DNA of 62,641 nucleotides, filler included, from Hausera hauseri (GCA_046269625.1; 11 parts of 11 records of this genome joined end to end with filler, not necessarily neighbours in it); one strand, 5' to 3'. Shown: positions 10,477 to 23,883, counted from the whole stretch's first letter. Notes: a model not told the origin generated them from the sequence alone. A program made the numbers and translations.

Positions 10477-11990
10477 NNNNNNNNNNNNNNNNNNNNNNNN
10501 NNNNNNNNNNNNNNNNNNNNTTAATTAATTAANNNNNNNNNNNNNNNNNNNNNNNNNNNNNNNNNNNNNNNNNNNNCACATCCTTATATAGCCAAACTCG
10601 TGAAGCACGATTTTGATCCGTTACGAGTTTTGATAGAATGGCATACATGAAACACATGTTGTCGTTATTATTGACTGTTTGTTTCTATTAGACGATTATC
10701 TTTTGTCAACAATGATTCAATCAATATTCCTTTTGCATTATTTTTTCATTTTAATTTTTTCAAAACCATTCCGTGAAGATGTAAAATGTATAAATCCTTT
10801 TGCATACACTCGTTAATGAATTTCTCAACGTTTTATTTCAGTGTGAATAATTTGTCAATTTGTTTTGTTGATTCGCCATTTATCCAGTCACTTTCCGTTT
10901 AGAATAACCTTTTTAGACAATCCTTAAATTGTGCGTAGAAATAAATAAAATCCAAAATTTCTGTCATTTCGTAACTGGGCACGTAATAAATGAATCGAAT
11001 AGATAAAATCCTAATAACATTCGAAATATTATCACACAGAGAACCTTTGAAATCGAAAAGCAAATAAATCGTTTATAATGAAGACTGAAATTAAAAATTG
11101 TTATAAAAAATATTTTATTTACATTTTTTAAACAAAACGAAAAAAATACAAAGCCAGTCAATCCGTGAAAAAATCAAATTTAATTAAGTCAACAAAAATA
11201 TGTCGATCATTCTATGAAGGTTGTACGTTTCTGGGGTTTATTCGCCGAATGGAAAGTCTTGAATAATGGAAAATTAAGACTGGAATATATTTGTCGATCT
11301 GCACGAAATCTTAAAAAAAATTCTGTACAGACGACACATTTTTGAACAGCCTCAGTTCGTTAACGTGCAAACTCTTGCTAACATACTGATCAATATTCGT
11401 TCCATACTGCTGAATGATGTTATACGGAATTTCAATTATTTCTGGATTATTATTTCCCAATGGCGAATTTCGCATAGCATTTAGTAATACACATGCTTGT
11501 TCTGGGGTAAATCTACAACTAACTTGACGATTTTGTAAATTTCGTTAAATTTAATGTATTATTATTTCGTGATGTTGTCTTCTGTTCATCTAAAATTGGA
11601 GACCTCGATATCTGATTTGAATAAATTGATGGCTTGTCGGATGAGAATGTTGTCGGAGTTCGGCTCGATATTACCATCAAAAGATCTAATGATGAAAATG
11701 TTCGAATTGGATGTTGAGTTTCAGATTTCATATAGATTTCAGAATCTAACTCGGAATTTTTTTATTAATTAAATTCTCTATATTTGTAACTTCCGATAAT
11801 AAAGGGCCTTCGTTTTCGTCACATTTTGTTTCATGTTTCATTTTTGTTTTTCCCAAACTTTAAATGCCAAAATGCTGTTACTGGAAATGTAAACTTTATC
11901 TGGAGAAGAATTGACCGATGAAAACGTTTCGACTGTATTTTCTGAAAGAAATGTAGGTGTCTTGGCTTCTTATCTCTTTTTGACTGGCTG

Positions 11991-12283
11991 CCATTGTGAT
12001 TTCCGGGGTTTGAATTTATAATTTCTTCATTTATTGTACTGTTATCTATTGATAGCCAGAACTCGACAGAAAATAAAAAGATTGCGACGTTAAATCCAGT
12101 ATCAATAAAGAAAAACTTGAAATAAGTTGAAAATGACGTGAAATATTGAACTTCGAAATTGGTTGAACACCAGAAAATTTTATTTTTTATTTCACCATTT
12201 GTCTTTTTCATATTCAAACAAAAAGTGTTATATAAAAGGTCTTTCGAATGCAAATCACGGATTGGGTGAATGTGGACACCACA
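11991..12283. repeat. Direct repeat copy 1 (about 290 bp)
   Basis: Near-identical to 13024-13365. Confidence 0.9.
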
Positions 12284-12364
12284 TCACCCCGTGGCAAAGT
12301 CAGATTTGCCAGGTGGGACCCAACGTGAGTCTTCTGGTGACCAACACGCCGGGGGACTGCAACC

Positions 12365-12680
12365 CAGAAGGAGACTCGGCAATTGAAATATGTACGGCTT
12401 GAATTGTTCGATTTCATTCTGAAAAATCGTTTTGAATATCGGTGCCAGTGCAGTTTCAAATTCACTGATGTAATTGCGGTTGTTATTGCGCACGATTTTT
12501 ATGCACAGTGCAATGGATTCCATCGGGAAATGATTGAATCGTGGTTTCTTCGGATTTTTAATGGCTAAATCCCATTTTCGGAGTAAGAACGACAGAATTT
12601 TATCCAACGGCAGCTGATTAGTTTACAAAAAAACTCAAATAGCACATAATGGCCTGCATGTACAGACATTCTCTTCTAAT
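12365..12680 (-). pseudogene. CSE1L: Fragment of exportin-2/CSE1 (CAS/CSE1 C-terminal region)
   Basis: EEN..MQAIMCYLSFF...AIKNPKKPRFNHFPMESIALCIKIVRNNNRNYISEFETALAPIFKTIFQNEIEQFKPYIFQLPSLLL aligns by eye with CSE1L ENEYIMKAIMRSFSLL...VSKNPSKPHFNHYMFEAICLSIRI...FEEALFLVFTEILQNDVQEFIPYVFQVMSLLL. Confidence 0.85.
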
Positions 12681-13023
12681 CCTTCAATATCCTAACAATT
12701 ATATTCTGGTGGGTAAGAGGGATGAGACATGCTTGAGCAATCGTTGGTTTTTGTATTTTGTTCAGCTCGACAGGGCTGCACTGACGGTATCTGATGTGTC
12801 GACTGCGTCGTTGATGGAGAAATAAAATAATTCCTGAATTTCGCCGAGGTGTAAATATGGGATGTAAAATTCCACTTGTTGGCCTTCGATTATGAGGCAA
12901 CCAGTCTCTCCTGGGTTAATTGGTTGATGGAGAATGGTTGATCCTGCTAGATCCGTGACCGTTATACAGTATTGGACTTCTGCCCGTTGTACAACAATTG
13001 TGTACAAATGTGGGGTTCTAATA

Positions 13024-13365
13024 CCAATGTGATTTTCTGGGTTTGAGTTTATAATTTCGTCATTTATTATACGGTATCTATTGATAACCAGAACTCGACA
13101 GAAAATAAAATGATTGCGACGTTAAATCCAGTATCAATAAAGAATAACTTGAAATTCGCGTGTTGTATTTAGAATATCAAAATTAGGCACAGTCGGGTTA
13201 CAAAGAAAAAAAATGACGTGAAATATTGAACTTCGAAATTGGTTGAACACCAGAGAATTTTATGTTTTTTATTTCACCATTTGTCTTTTTCATATTCAAA
13301 CAAAATGTTTTATATAAAAGGTCTTTCAAATGCAAATCACGGATTGGGTGAATGTGGACACCACA
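13024..13365. repeat. Direct repeat copy 2 (with about 50 bp of extra internal sequence)
   Basis: Matches 11991-12283 apart from the segment near 13156-13210. Confidence 0.9.
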
Positions 13366-14099
13366 GCCATGGTGTATTTTTATCATTGTTGACTGAGCTT
13401 CCAATGACTGGAGAATCTTTGGTAAGTGTTGAAACGGATCAGACAGGCTTTAATTCTAAAGGCTCTTCGGCAATTAGATCAGGTGCTTGGCCGTTACTAT
13501 CCTTATGTCTACTATTGGAAAATATAGAGGATGGCGAGTCTTTAATTTTGAAAAAATTATTCATTCGATGACCGGAAATTACATCAGGTTTCGAGGAGTT
13601 GGAACAATGTTGTTGTACTGGGGTTTATCACTTGACAAGCTGGGAGGACCATGGCACTGTTGACAGTTTCCTTCAACATGGATACTTGGTGGACAATCAG
13701 TACTATTAGATGTAGTTTGTGCTGGACGTTTTAAACCAGAATTTTGGCGAATAAGGTTACAGCAAATATTTCAAGTAGTGTGATATCTGATGAACCCGAA
13801 TTAAGTTTACCCATTGATTGTTCAGTTGATTTTAAATCCTCGAGTTGGTACTGCTGCAGTTGTTCAATTTCAAATGGTCCTGAAACGTCAACATATTCAT
13901 CTGTAGGATTCTCATGACCATTTATATATGAAGTATCTTGAGCCGTAAATGTTGAGGTCTTATACACGATTCCTGCTCACAAGTATATACCATGATGTTT
14001 GTATTAGTACTGGACATTGGTGTGCCATGATACATCATGCCGACAATTGTATCCAATCTCCAGACTTTGTCAAAACCTTTTCCGCCATCTGTACGCCTC

Positions 14100-14637
14100 A
14101 TTCATCCTCTTGCATATGCCGTTGTGCTGTTGTGTTGGGGATCAGGACTGCAACTCTAAACTTGGCACAGGATCGCTTCAAAGTCGCAATAGATAACTAT
14201 TGCGACCTTGATCTTCTCGAACTCCTTGAATTAAATGTAGTCCTCCTAGGGTAAATCTGGCCTGATACAATAATTGTTGTCGCAGTATAACTTGTGCTCC
14301 TGCAGCTTCCCCACAGCTTAATTTCCACTGAAATGGGACAAGCATCGTTTACATATTTTTATTTGTCCATGATGTTTCGTAATTTGTGATCTGACTATCC
14401 GCTCAAAGTTTTTGATCCAAACATAATACTTCTTTTTTCCATTGTCTAGTAGGAGCAGATCTCTATGATCTTTCAAGTCAGCATCGCATGTCTGAAGGGG
14501 ATAGAATTTATCATCCTCGTCCAATTCCAAGATATTGATGGACATGTTGTTGACTTTTCAAAATTTTTTAACTTCATCTATGGATGGAGGGAACTTGATA
14601 CATTGGAAATCATAGTTGTGCTGCACATCCTTATATA
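14100..14637 (-). pseudogene. Polinton/Maverick-type pPolB fragment (N-terminal domain to exonuclease I motif)
   Basis: SINILE...FYPL...RDLLLL...YYVWIKNFERIVRSQITKH...ICKRCLSHF followed by VIYCDFEAIL...CSPDP. Confidence 0.85.
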
Positions 14638-14737
14638 NNNNNNNNNNNNNNNNNNNNNNNNNNNNNNNNNNNNNNNNNNNNTTAATTAATTAANNNNNNN
14701 NNNNNNNNNNNNNNNNNNNNNNNNNNNNNNNNNNNNN

Positions 14738-14940
14738 TTGACAGTGATTTGGCGTTGAGTAACGATATCCGAGATACATCGTCGATTTTTCTCAAAGGAA
14801 ATATGGCGAAAATTGTCAGTAAACATGGTGGAGAAACAGCAGCAGCAGTTTTGCTACCGGAAGGAGCTAAAGGCTACCTGACACTAAAGCTCAAAGGATT
14901 CAATGGGGAATGGAAAATGGGGAAGTTTATTATGATTTAA
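14738..14940 (+). CDS. 3' part of a conserved unknown ORF convergent on pPolB (copy 1), cut by the contig start
   Basis: LSNDIRDT..LKGNMAKIVS...GAKGYLTLKLKGF..WKMGKF matches the ORF at 32341-32863. Confidence 0.7.
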
Positions 14941-15220
14941 CTGACTTTGTGTGCTTGTAATTTTAGTTTTTCTCCAATCATTAAATAAATGTATTCGTGT
15001 TACATATTTTGTTTTCTCGTGCAAGGTTATTGTTTTCCTTTTACTTCTATCTTAATAATAGTAATAAGTTAAGTAAGCAACCGAAAACAAAACACAAGAC
15101 TAAACAAAATACGTTATTGAAATATAAAAAGCAATATACATCGGATAATTGTCAATGGTTGTCACAGTAACTGAACGGATTTGTCTGAACCGACAGAGCA
15201 CCGATTGTTCGGACGTGCGT

Positions 15221-18200
15221 TTATTTCAGTCGCCAATGTCCATACGCCCAACTCTTATTTCGCCCCACTCACTTTCGCTTATCATCGTTACATGACAAAG
15301 CCACTTTCGCACTAGTCAATTGTACAGTTGGTGCTCAATTGATCAGATCATCGTTTCAGACACCACAGCCACTGATTGTCCTCCTTCTGCTGCTGTTGCT
15401 TCTTCATATATACGGCAATAATGACCGCAATCGATTTCCGTCTGTCTCAGCTGGACTACTTTTGCTCGCATTTTCGCTCCACAGACAATCAGAAGACTGT
15501 GGCGCTTTGGGTATAGGAATATCCATTCCCGATACTGAACCCTGCCTTCACTTTCATCCTTAAAACAGCCGATTTTGTTGGTGGTCGCGCTGCTGTACAA
15601 CGGATAATCCGGTGTATAGTTGGACGTGTGCAGTAATCCATCTGACTGCATTTGCTGCAGTAGCTGTTCGCGATTGACTTTTATCAGCCGCAGGTAAAAA
15701 CTCTGTCACCGGCAATTATACTAATGTCACATCCGTCAAACATTTGCCGGTAACGTGCCAAATCGCGATACTGTAGCTCATACATCCGCAACTTGCTCAG
15801 GTCCAATACCACTTGTCCGATGTAACTTGGCCGGTCCGGAATGACTTCTTCTCTGTTTAACATTATCGCAACCAATCCATCGGAAATGTGCATTAACCGC
15901 CGAATCTGCGCCTTACCCGTGTATGTGACCAACCGCTTTTCGCTATTGCATAGTCGTACATTGAGCCGCTTTTTCAGATTCTCCACTGTTTTTCCGTACA
16001 GTGAATTGTTTTTCAGCTTGTAGTAGTCCTTTTCGATCTTTGTACAAGCTGCGGTTCCTTTCTCCGAATTTCCATCTATATACGCCTTGAATATGGGAGC
16101 CTGAGCAAATCGGATTGCACGATGCAGATGTGTGACGCGAACACCGAGCTGCATGTAGAACTGTGGCAGACGCCAATGGACCACGTAATTCAGCTTCGGT
16201 TCATGCGTAATGAGCAGTTTCTTCACTTTTGAGCCTGGCGAACATGGGTTAAATGGTGCGACCGGTAAATCGTCCAAAACGTCATGCAGCTCATCTGGTA
16301 CCATGAAATCCACCTCCATCAAGTATCCGACTGAGCCTATCATGTCTGCTCGTGGAAGATTAACCATTATGTCGTCCAGATCTTGTCTGTCGACAAACCA
16401 TTCAAATGAACCGTACGGCAAGGGTTGCAAAAGAGCCCAGCCATACAGGTTATTAATATCAATATACAGCAATGATGTGGTATCGGTAGCACTGACTTGA
16501 TGCTTGTTGACAAATGTCATGCCACTCAGAATACTAACATCAAACAGCCGGTACATTTTCGGGTCTTGCAGCAGCTCAATGTCTCGATCCAGTGACATTA
16601 GAGATGACGCCAAACTCATTCCCGGTATGGAATAAAAGTTGAGTGGCTCCAGCCTATCTTCAGCCAACGCTTTCGCTCGAAACGCTTGGAATACATTGGC
16701 AAATAAGTACACGTTCAGTTTAAGATATTGGAGCATGTATTTCAACATGTTTTTAAAGCCGAGTTCTATCCAACACATGTGCTTTCCGGTATTCATTCTC
16801 TGCGATACCTGTCCATCGCGGCTGTAATTCCTCTGATGTCCGGAGTCGCTCAAACGATGTAGCAAAGTCATATGGGAATATGCCTTTGCTGCGTGCAATA
16901 TGTGCGGGGAACTGCGTCAGTGCTATCGGCACATCCGGCAAGACATTTATCGGCTTTGCCAATGATTCATTAAGAAATTGCAATGAGTCAAGGAAACGTA
17001 CCTAGAACCGGTTTATACAAGCATACAGTGACAGATATTTCTCCATCATAGTCGGAATTATGGATGGTTCCCAGTGCGGAAATCCGTCTATTGCCCATTT
17101 CAACATATGCTGACAATCATAACTCCTGAAGTTATGAAATACCATCGGTAAGAATGGCCGCACACGCCATGCCAAATTACATAAATTACATGCTGCTCCG
17201 AGATATCGACCAGTAAAATGATCGTGATCCGGTACGAGCCGTTCCTGTGCATCGAACAGTAATATTTTGTGGCACAGGTAACATTCATCTGTGACTACAA
17301 ACATCAGGCGTTCATCTTCATCTGTCCACATCAAGGGTTTATTGCTATTTCTACTGTACCAAGGTGTGATTTCAGTTTCCACTATGGTTTGAAACTGCTG
17401 CAAGAAATCGCGTACACAATTCAATCCGTGGAAAACATAATATTGAGGTTGACCTGTGACTTTTATTGGGACAACCAACATACCGACGGTGATTGGAACA
17501 TGTTTTTGGTCATATATGTTGTGCCGTGGTAAGATAGCTTCTATATCGACATATACTACATATAGCTGACTGTCTGTTTTTGACCAATCAATGAATCTTA
17601 GCGCCTTTTTGACGGGCATTACATACATTGTGGTTCCTGACAAATTTTGTCTGCACAGATTCATATGTTTCTCCCATGTTGTTTCCGACCTGAATGCACG
17701 AAGACACAGGACACAATTTACACTGTATCCGTTTTTGGACGAAATGGTCATGCTTCATGTTCAGTAGTCTGTCCAAATTTGTCACTGAAACGTAATGGTA
17801 CTTTTCTTTTTGTTCCAGTAGCAACGAATTTACTGAGCGGCCATTTTGGTTCCGACTACGATAGATTATATCCACATGATAATTTTTGTAAATTTCATCC
17901 GTCGGTATTTCTACAATTGTGTTATACCGGAACACGCTGATTGCCAGTATCGGATTATGCTGCTCAAAACCTGAATAAGTTTCAGTTTCATTGGCATCCA
18001 GCTTTCATCGAAATCCAATTGAGAAAAATATTTCTGATACTGTTTTGGACGAAATGCACTGTCTGTCCACTTCGTCATACTTCAATACTGTCATAATACT
18101 GCAAAAAACAGTATTCATCGTTAGTATTTTTTTACATTCAATATCGCCAGAGACTGCTTCAGAGCTGCAGGTGTCGGTATGAATGATCGTCAAGACAAAT

Positions 18201-18705
18201 ATATTGTCATTCGACTTTGTTATGATAAAGCCGAGAGTGACAATCTTTACAATTCGCCATCCACTACCCTTTCCGTGTAGTTGGCAATTTTCTCGAGCTT
18301 TACGCCAATCACAGCGATAAAATCCTCGGTATATGGTACAGATCGATGTGACAGGTACCATTGTTTCCTGTCGCCTTGCACGTTTTCGAATTCTGGAAGT
18401 GCATAATACTGCACTTTGCGGTGGTGGTGTTGGAATTTGTCAATTTCAGATTCCAACCGGTTTCGCAGAATTGATGGAATGTCTCAATTGCGTTGTTGTT
18501 GTCGCTGACATGTTCACTTTTATATCCACGTACGATTTCTTCAGATCATACTTGAAAGTAATGCGTGATTCCTCCCCCTGTTGCTGCTCCTTCTGCCGTT
18601 TTTGATTTCTGTTGTTTTGAAAGTATTCGTCAATGCTTGTTGATGCCTGACGTTTCCTATTTGTTGACGGATTACTGCTGCTGCTGATGCTTTTGCTGCG
18701 TCCAT
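15221..18705 (-). pseudogene. Polinton/Adintovirus-type protein-primed family B DNA polymerase, copy 1 (frameshifted)
   Basis: GSGW, VVYVDIEAIL, DHDHFTGRYLGAACNLCN, FHNFRSYD, KGIFPY, YIDINNLYG (motif A), KLKNNSLYGK (motif B), IAGD (damaged motif C), IGCFKDE, DDKR...AYGHW. Confidence 0.93.
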
Positions 18706-19116
18706 TAATATTTGTTTTTTCGACCGCTTAAACTGGTTTAAGTGGTCATGGTGCTAATTATAAAATTGTTCATAGTTGATTTGATCATCAGCTATAGAAC
18801 AACCGGGACATACAGGCCCGTTTACTGTGCACCGTTGTGGTGTCATTGTATTGCTCCATTGCACTATGGCAACACCAACGTCGTGCACTGTACTTGTACA
18901 GTACCTTGGGTACATGGGACAATGCACTAGAATCACCTTCGACCGTGTAAACGGTCCGAGATGATGCTTGTGCATCTCATAACAATCGGGGTACGGGCAT
19001 TGGGTTAAAATATTACACGTCGAACACAGATATGCGGCCATTCCAACGTTGTAATATTTCGCTACCTGATGGTGGCACTGTTCTGCCTCCTCATGTATGC
19101 GAGAGACGCAATACAT
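18706..19116 (-). CDS. Cys/His-rich small ORF immediately upstream of pPolB (copy 1)
   Basis: MYCVSRIH..C...CSTC...CPYPDC...HKHHLGPF...HCP.Y..C...CPGC is conserved with 28217-28608. One premature TAG lies near the end. Confidence 0.75.
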
Positions 19117-19661
19117 GTGATATTAATTACATTTCTAAATTTAAATAATTAATATTTAGAATAGATTAAAATTATAAATAAAATAAATTAAAATACAAAC
19201 TCGTAAAATTAAACACTAAACATAACCCAATTGCTTTACTCTGTTATAAACGTTTGTTCCACATGCTTCTACTACTACAATTAATACTACCAATCAACTG
19301 AAACAGTACATTAAAAGTGAGATTCAGAAACTGACCGATGACATTTTGACCGGACATGTGTTCGATGTAGTTTTTGTGTGAACTTACAGAAACGAGAATA
19401 ATGAGCAAGTGAGAATATATTAAATTGATAGTCAGTTCTCTTCGTAAAACGTATCGAAGATGAAATGAGACGAAAACGACAATGATGTATTAATTTCATC
19501 ATTGGACTTGTATTTACTGCTTCACTTTGTATTGTAATTAAAAAGTTGATTGACCGTATTTAACCACATTTGTATTTTATATATATATATATATAATTTC
19601 GCTACGTGTTTGTTTTTATCTATTAATGCAATTTATTTTGTGTGTTCAAGCTACATTACAG

Positions 19662-19669
19662 TATAAATA
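19662..19669 (+). promoter_or_regulatory. Putative TATA box
   Basis: TATAAATA about 30 nt upstream of ATG 19699. Confidence 0.45.
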
Positions 19670-19698
19670 CTTGTGCTTCTTTCACATAAGATTATACA

Positions 19699-20046
19699 AT
19701 GTCTCACTTGATACACTCATTCGACGGTCTCAGGAACCACCTGCACAATCTCGATCGGCCTTTGGACAATGCTCGGTATTTGCCTCCTGAAGAGTTACTC
19801 CTACTTGCTGAACAGAATTGGAGGGCACGAGAACCCTACTTACGCCATATGAAGCAGGTTGCTAGTGATACGGAATTTTTATTCCGTAAGATTTTTCGTA
19901 CATGGAAAATGGCTCATTGTTATGCGTTGGACGATAATCCTCGTCAAGTACGATTTATAACCTATTTTGTCACACATGGTGGCGGTGGTAGTCAGGCAGA
20001 TTACATTCCTACGTGGCAGTCAGCAGATGAAATTTGCATAAAGTAA
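19699..20046 (+). CDS. Orphan ORF (115 aa) divergent from the pPolB cassette
   Basis: ATG start, higher GC than the AT-rich flanks, upstream TATA. It may continue via a frameshift to ...DHSPSSELANPCGLCNPI* near 20125. Confidence 0.5.
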   Translation: MSHLIHSFDGLRNHLHNLDRPLDNARYLPPEELLLLAEQNWRAREPYLRHMKQVASDTEFLFRKIFRTWKMAHCYALDDNPRQVRFITYFVTHGGGGSQADYIPTWQSADEICIK

Positions 20047-21599
20047 TATGATTACATCGTATGGTCTCGATCATTCTCCTTCTTCAGAATTGGCTAATCC
20101 CTGTGGTTTGTGTAATCCGATTTAGTAGCAGTAGTAATTGTAATTGTAATTGTACAATACAAAAATAATACTTTGTTTTCTCATTACTCAGAACGATGTA
20201 GGTGAGAAAAGGTGTTGTCCAAAAACTATATCAGAATATGTTTGTTATGGTCAGATAGGTGGGGAAATAGTGTTATCGGAAAACTAGGTCACAAAATTTT
20301 TGAAAAAAAATTGTTTTAACCAAAAAGGTGGGTAATAAAAAAAGAAATTTAATAAAATATTAAAATTAATAATGAAATGGTAATATAAAAATTATTAAAA
20401 AAAACTAACATTCACTGTGTGATCCATCTTCGGTTGTCGCAAATTTTCGAAATGATGATAAACTAAGTGCAATAGTATTTTATGTTTGTGTGTGTATGTG
20501 TAGTGGTCACAATTTATTGACTTACATTGCTGATTTTGAAAACAGTGCTTCCAAAAACAGTCGACTTCAAATGTCTAATACTTAGGGATTGAACTTTAGA
20601 CTAGAGCGAACAAATCATGAGAAATAATATGAAACTGCGAATAGATTGATTTTTATTGCTAACAGACGTTGGTAAATCTCCAAAAAGTAATTTGTAGTAG
20701 TGCATATAATTTGTAAATTTTAATGCTTTGAAAACGTATTATCTGAAAGTAATACCTTCAACAAACTCTACATTGAAAGAAAAAAGCCGACATAACAAAA
20801 TCGTTTTTATTATTAAATGCAATCCTGGAGCGTTACTAAAAGTTGCATATTATCTTACAAATCATGAGAAATAATATGATGTGACTTTTCATCACAATCA
20901 TTCTCATTGTGAGTAGTAGTACTCAATTATGAGCTCGTCGTCGTCGTAAAAAATAAAATTCACACGACGCATTTACAACGATGATGATAATTCTGACTTT
21001 TAACAATGCGTTTTCTCGTTCGTTCGTTCGATTGCATTTTTCAGCCGGATCCATTGATCTGATCGTGAGGCGGCTATAATTAGAAATTTCCCCCAACTTA
21101 TGGGCAATGTACTAGACCAATTTCCATCACCGGCAACTTGAACATTGGGAAATTTTACCCGTTTGAAATTTTCCCATCGATTTTCCCCAAGTTCCCATGG
21201 TCTGACCGACTTTCAACAGTGTCCATTGCAATCGCCAATATTGATTTACCCCTTGTACACATTTTCTCAGTGCTAGAAACATGTTTCGTGTTACAAGTGG
21301 AGCATTTCCTGTTTTGCTTCTTCCTCTTCTAGCGCCTCTCCCTTACATTTTTGTAAGTCGCACCTCTGTTAACTTTTGCTCACCTCGTCACGCGCTATTG
21401 ATATCACCTGGTCCGAACATCTTTGCTCGACCTCCTTTTCTGGGGAGGGGGTCGTGAGAAAATTTTAGTGAAGTGTTTAGAATAGCCAATCAGGTGGGGA
21501 AAAGTGGTCGGCAGACCAATTAGAAAAGAGCGGTGGACAGCTCACTTCCACCTACTAACGTTTATTAACATTTTAATCAATAATATAATATCCATTATA

Positions 21600-22765
21600 T
21601 CTTATTATTTAGATTGGGATACAAGAGGACTATTTTCAATATCCTTCATCTATTAATTGCAAAGTACAGAGTGAATAAGATAACAGTGAACAAAGTGCAT
21701 TTAAGACTGTATATGGTATGAGTTTCAGAAAGGAAGGTACGCGTCGGTTGCTTGTAAAAACTTATGAGACACGTTGGGAAGTGAAGTTGTAAATGTTCGG
21801 ACCTGCCAAAGATGATTTACCAAATTTCGTTCAGGTGATATCAGTCTCAAAGAAGATCGTCGATCTGGACAGCCACCGAAGATCGATATTGACATTTTGC
21901 AGTACATTTGGAGAGTAGCCCACATCTAACCACTAGATAAATTGCAAAGCAACTCGGAATCCACCATTGGACTGCTGAGGAACACATAAAACATCTTGGA
22001 TTTGTCTTGAAGCAGAGTATTTGGGTTCTGCACTATTTGACAGAAAAAAATTTATCGGATCGTGTGAGAATCTGTTTATCTCTGCCTATTAGACACAATG
22101 TGAAGCCGTTTTTGGACAAGCTCATTACGGGAGATGAAAAGTGGACCCTTTAACAGAATGTAAATAGAAAAAAAGTTTACTGCAAACCTGGAACATCCGC
22201 CACAATTATTTCAAAACCAGATCTTCATCAACGGAAAGTGATGCTTTGTTTGTGGTGGGATAGAAGAGGTCCAGTGTACTACGAGCTACTTAAACTGCGG
22301 CAAACCATCAATGCGAACACCTATTGTAACCAGCTTGATAAACTGAATGCAGCTATAAAGGAAAAGCGGCCAGTAGTAACGAACAGAAAAGGAATTTTGT
22401 TCCATAAAGATAATGCAAAACCATATACTGCAATGGTGACGCAACAAAAGTTGAATGAGCTTTGATGGGAAGTTCTTAGTCACCCACCATATTCACCTGA
22501 TATAACTTCATCAGATTACTATCTATTCCGATCACTTCAGAATTATCTGACGAGAAAACCTTTACTTCTTTCGAAGCTGTCTTCACGGCAGTCGCTGAAT
22601 ATTTTGGGTCAAAGGGTGAGAAATTCTATGCTAGGGGGTAGACAAGCTGTCTGACAGATGGCAATGAGTGGTTGCAAATAATGGATAATATATTATTGAT
22701 TAAAATGTAAATAAGCGTTATTAAAACTTATTCAAATATTTTATTTAAAATACGATAGAACTTTC
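21600..22765 (+). mobile_element. Mariner (DD34D) transposon, decayed; 3' TIR cut by the contig end
   Basis: SGQPPKID, WVLHYLT, ITGDEKW, MLCLWWD, FHKDNAKPY, HPPYSPDITSSDYYLF; stop at about 22703. Confidence 0.92.
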
Positions 22766-22865
22766 NNNNNNNNNNNNNNNNNNNNNNNNNNNNNNNNNNN
22801 NNNNNNNNNTTAATTAATTAANNNNNNNNNNNNNNNNNNNNNNNNNNNNNNNNNNNNNNNNNNNN

Positions 22866-23690
22866 GCCAGAAATCAAATCAGTGACGAAAAGTCTTTGAC
22901 TGACTCGTTCAGAAATAGAATTAAGTTCCACGTTATCACTTTGGCCTTTATCTTCGGTCTTTTGGCGAAAGTTACACGGGGGTTTGCATTTGGTAGCTTT
23001 ATCGTTAAATTTTAAATGATACCAGCACGTGTTTGCTGTGGCATCATGTTTATTTCCAGGTCTTTTATTATACCGACATTTAAATTTGTTTGTTTTTCGT
23101 TCAGCGTTTTGTGCTTCTGAAAGTTTGTCGACCTTCTTGGTCAAAATTTGAACTTGTTTCTCCAATTTGTGTACGGGGGAAAGTGTGGCAGTGGATGCTA
23201 CGGCAGCTATATCGTTCTTATCTATAACATCAAAAACGTTATCCGCGATAGTCGCGAGATTAGAAAGGGGTTCAAAACTGGCTGCAACAACAGTCTGGAT
23301 TGATTGAGGTAAACGTCTCATCCATAATGTTTTAAGTATTTGTTCGTCCAGTCTGAAATTTCCCAATTCTTTTAATTCCCGTAGCAAGACAGAGGGTCTT
23401 TTATCCCCTAGCACTAGGTCACTAAAAAGTAGTTTAGTTTTCTGGACCTCTGATAATTCATACAACTCGAGCAATTTTTGTTTCAATGTAGTGTACGGAT
23501 CTTTATCAGGAGGTGTATAAATAATATCCGATACTTGACGTAAGTGTTCACTACTAATGGCAGCAATTAAATAGCTGAATTTAGTCTTTTCAGCTGTAAT
23601 TTCCGCGATTGAAAAGTTAGCTTCGAGTTGTGCGAAAAATAGTTTAACATTGCCCGTAGTGAAAACCGGGACCCTCATACCAACCTCCAT
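22866..23690 (-). CDS. gag: Ty3/Gypsy gag (family B), running in frame into the protease-proximal LFVTDLISG; cut by the contig end
   Basis: VPVF...FFAQLEANF...LGDKRPSVLLREL...LWMRRLP...CWYHLKFNDKATKCKPPCNF; no stop before the pol-matching sequence. Confidence 0.93.
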
Positions 23691-23883
23691 ATTGCCGAAA
23701 CCAATCCCTATGCTAACACACAAAAGGGGAAAACTAAGCAAAAAGGTTCAAAGTAAAGAAATACTTCAACCAACAAAAAACCAGCGTCACGCAGCGACCA
23801 GGAAAAATTGGCAAAATGATCCACTCACCACCAGACGACCATCAGTCTTGTTGTAATTTCAGGAGACATCTGAAGAAGCGTCG

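Noticed and set aside
11290-11520. Homeodomain-like remnant (RFTPEQACVL...VQNFF) on the minus strand
   Set aside because: The spacing is far too long, the WFxNRR core is absent and the frame is broken, so it is not supportable.
20610-20879. 23-bp direct repeat ACAAATCATGAGAAATAATATGA at 20610 and 20857 as a CRISPR-like array or a TSD
   Set aside because: Only two copies, eukaryotic context, no cas genes and no recognisable insert between them.
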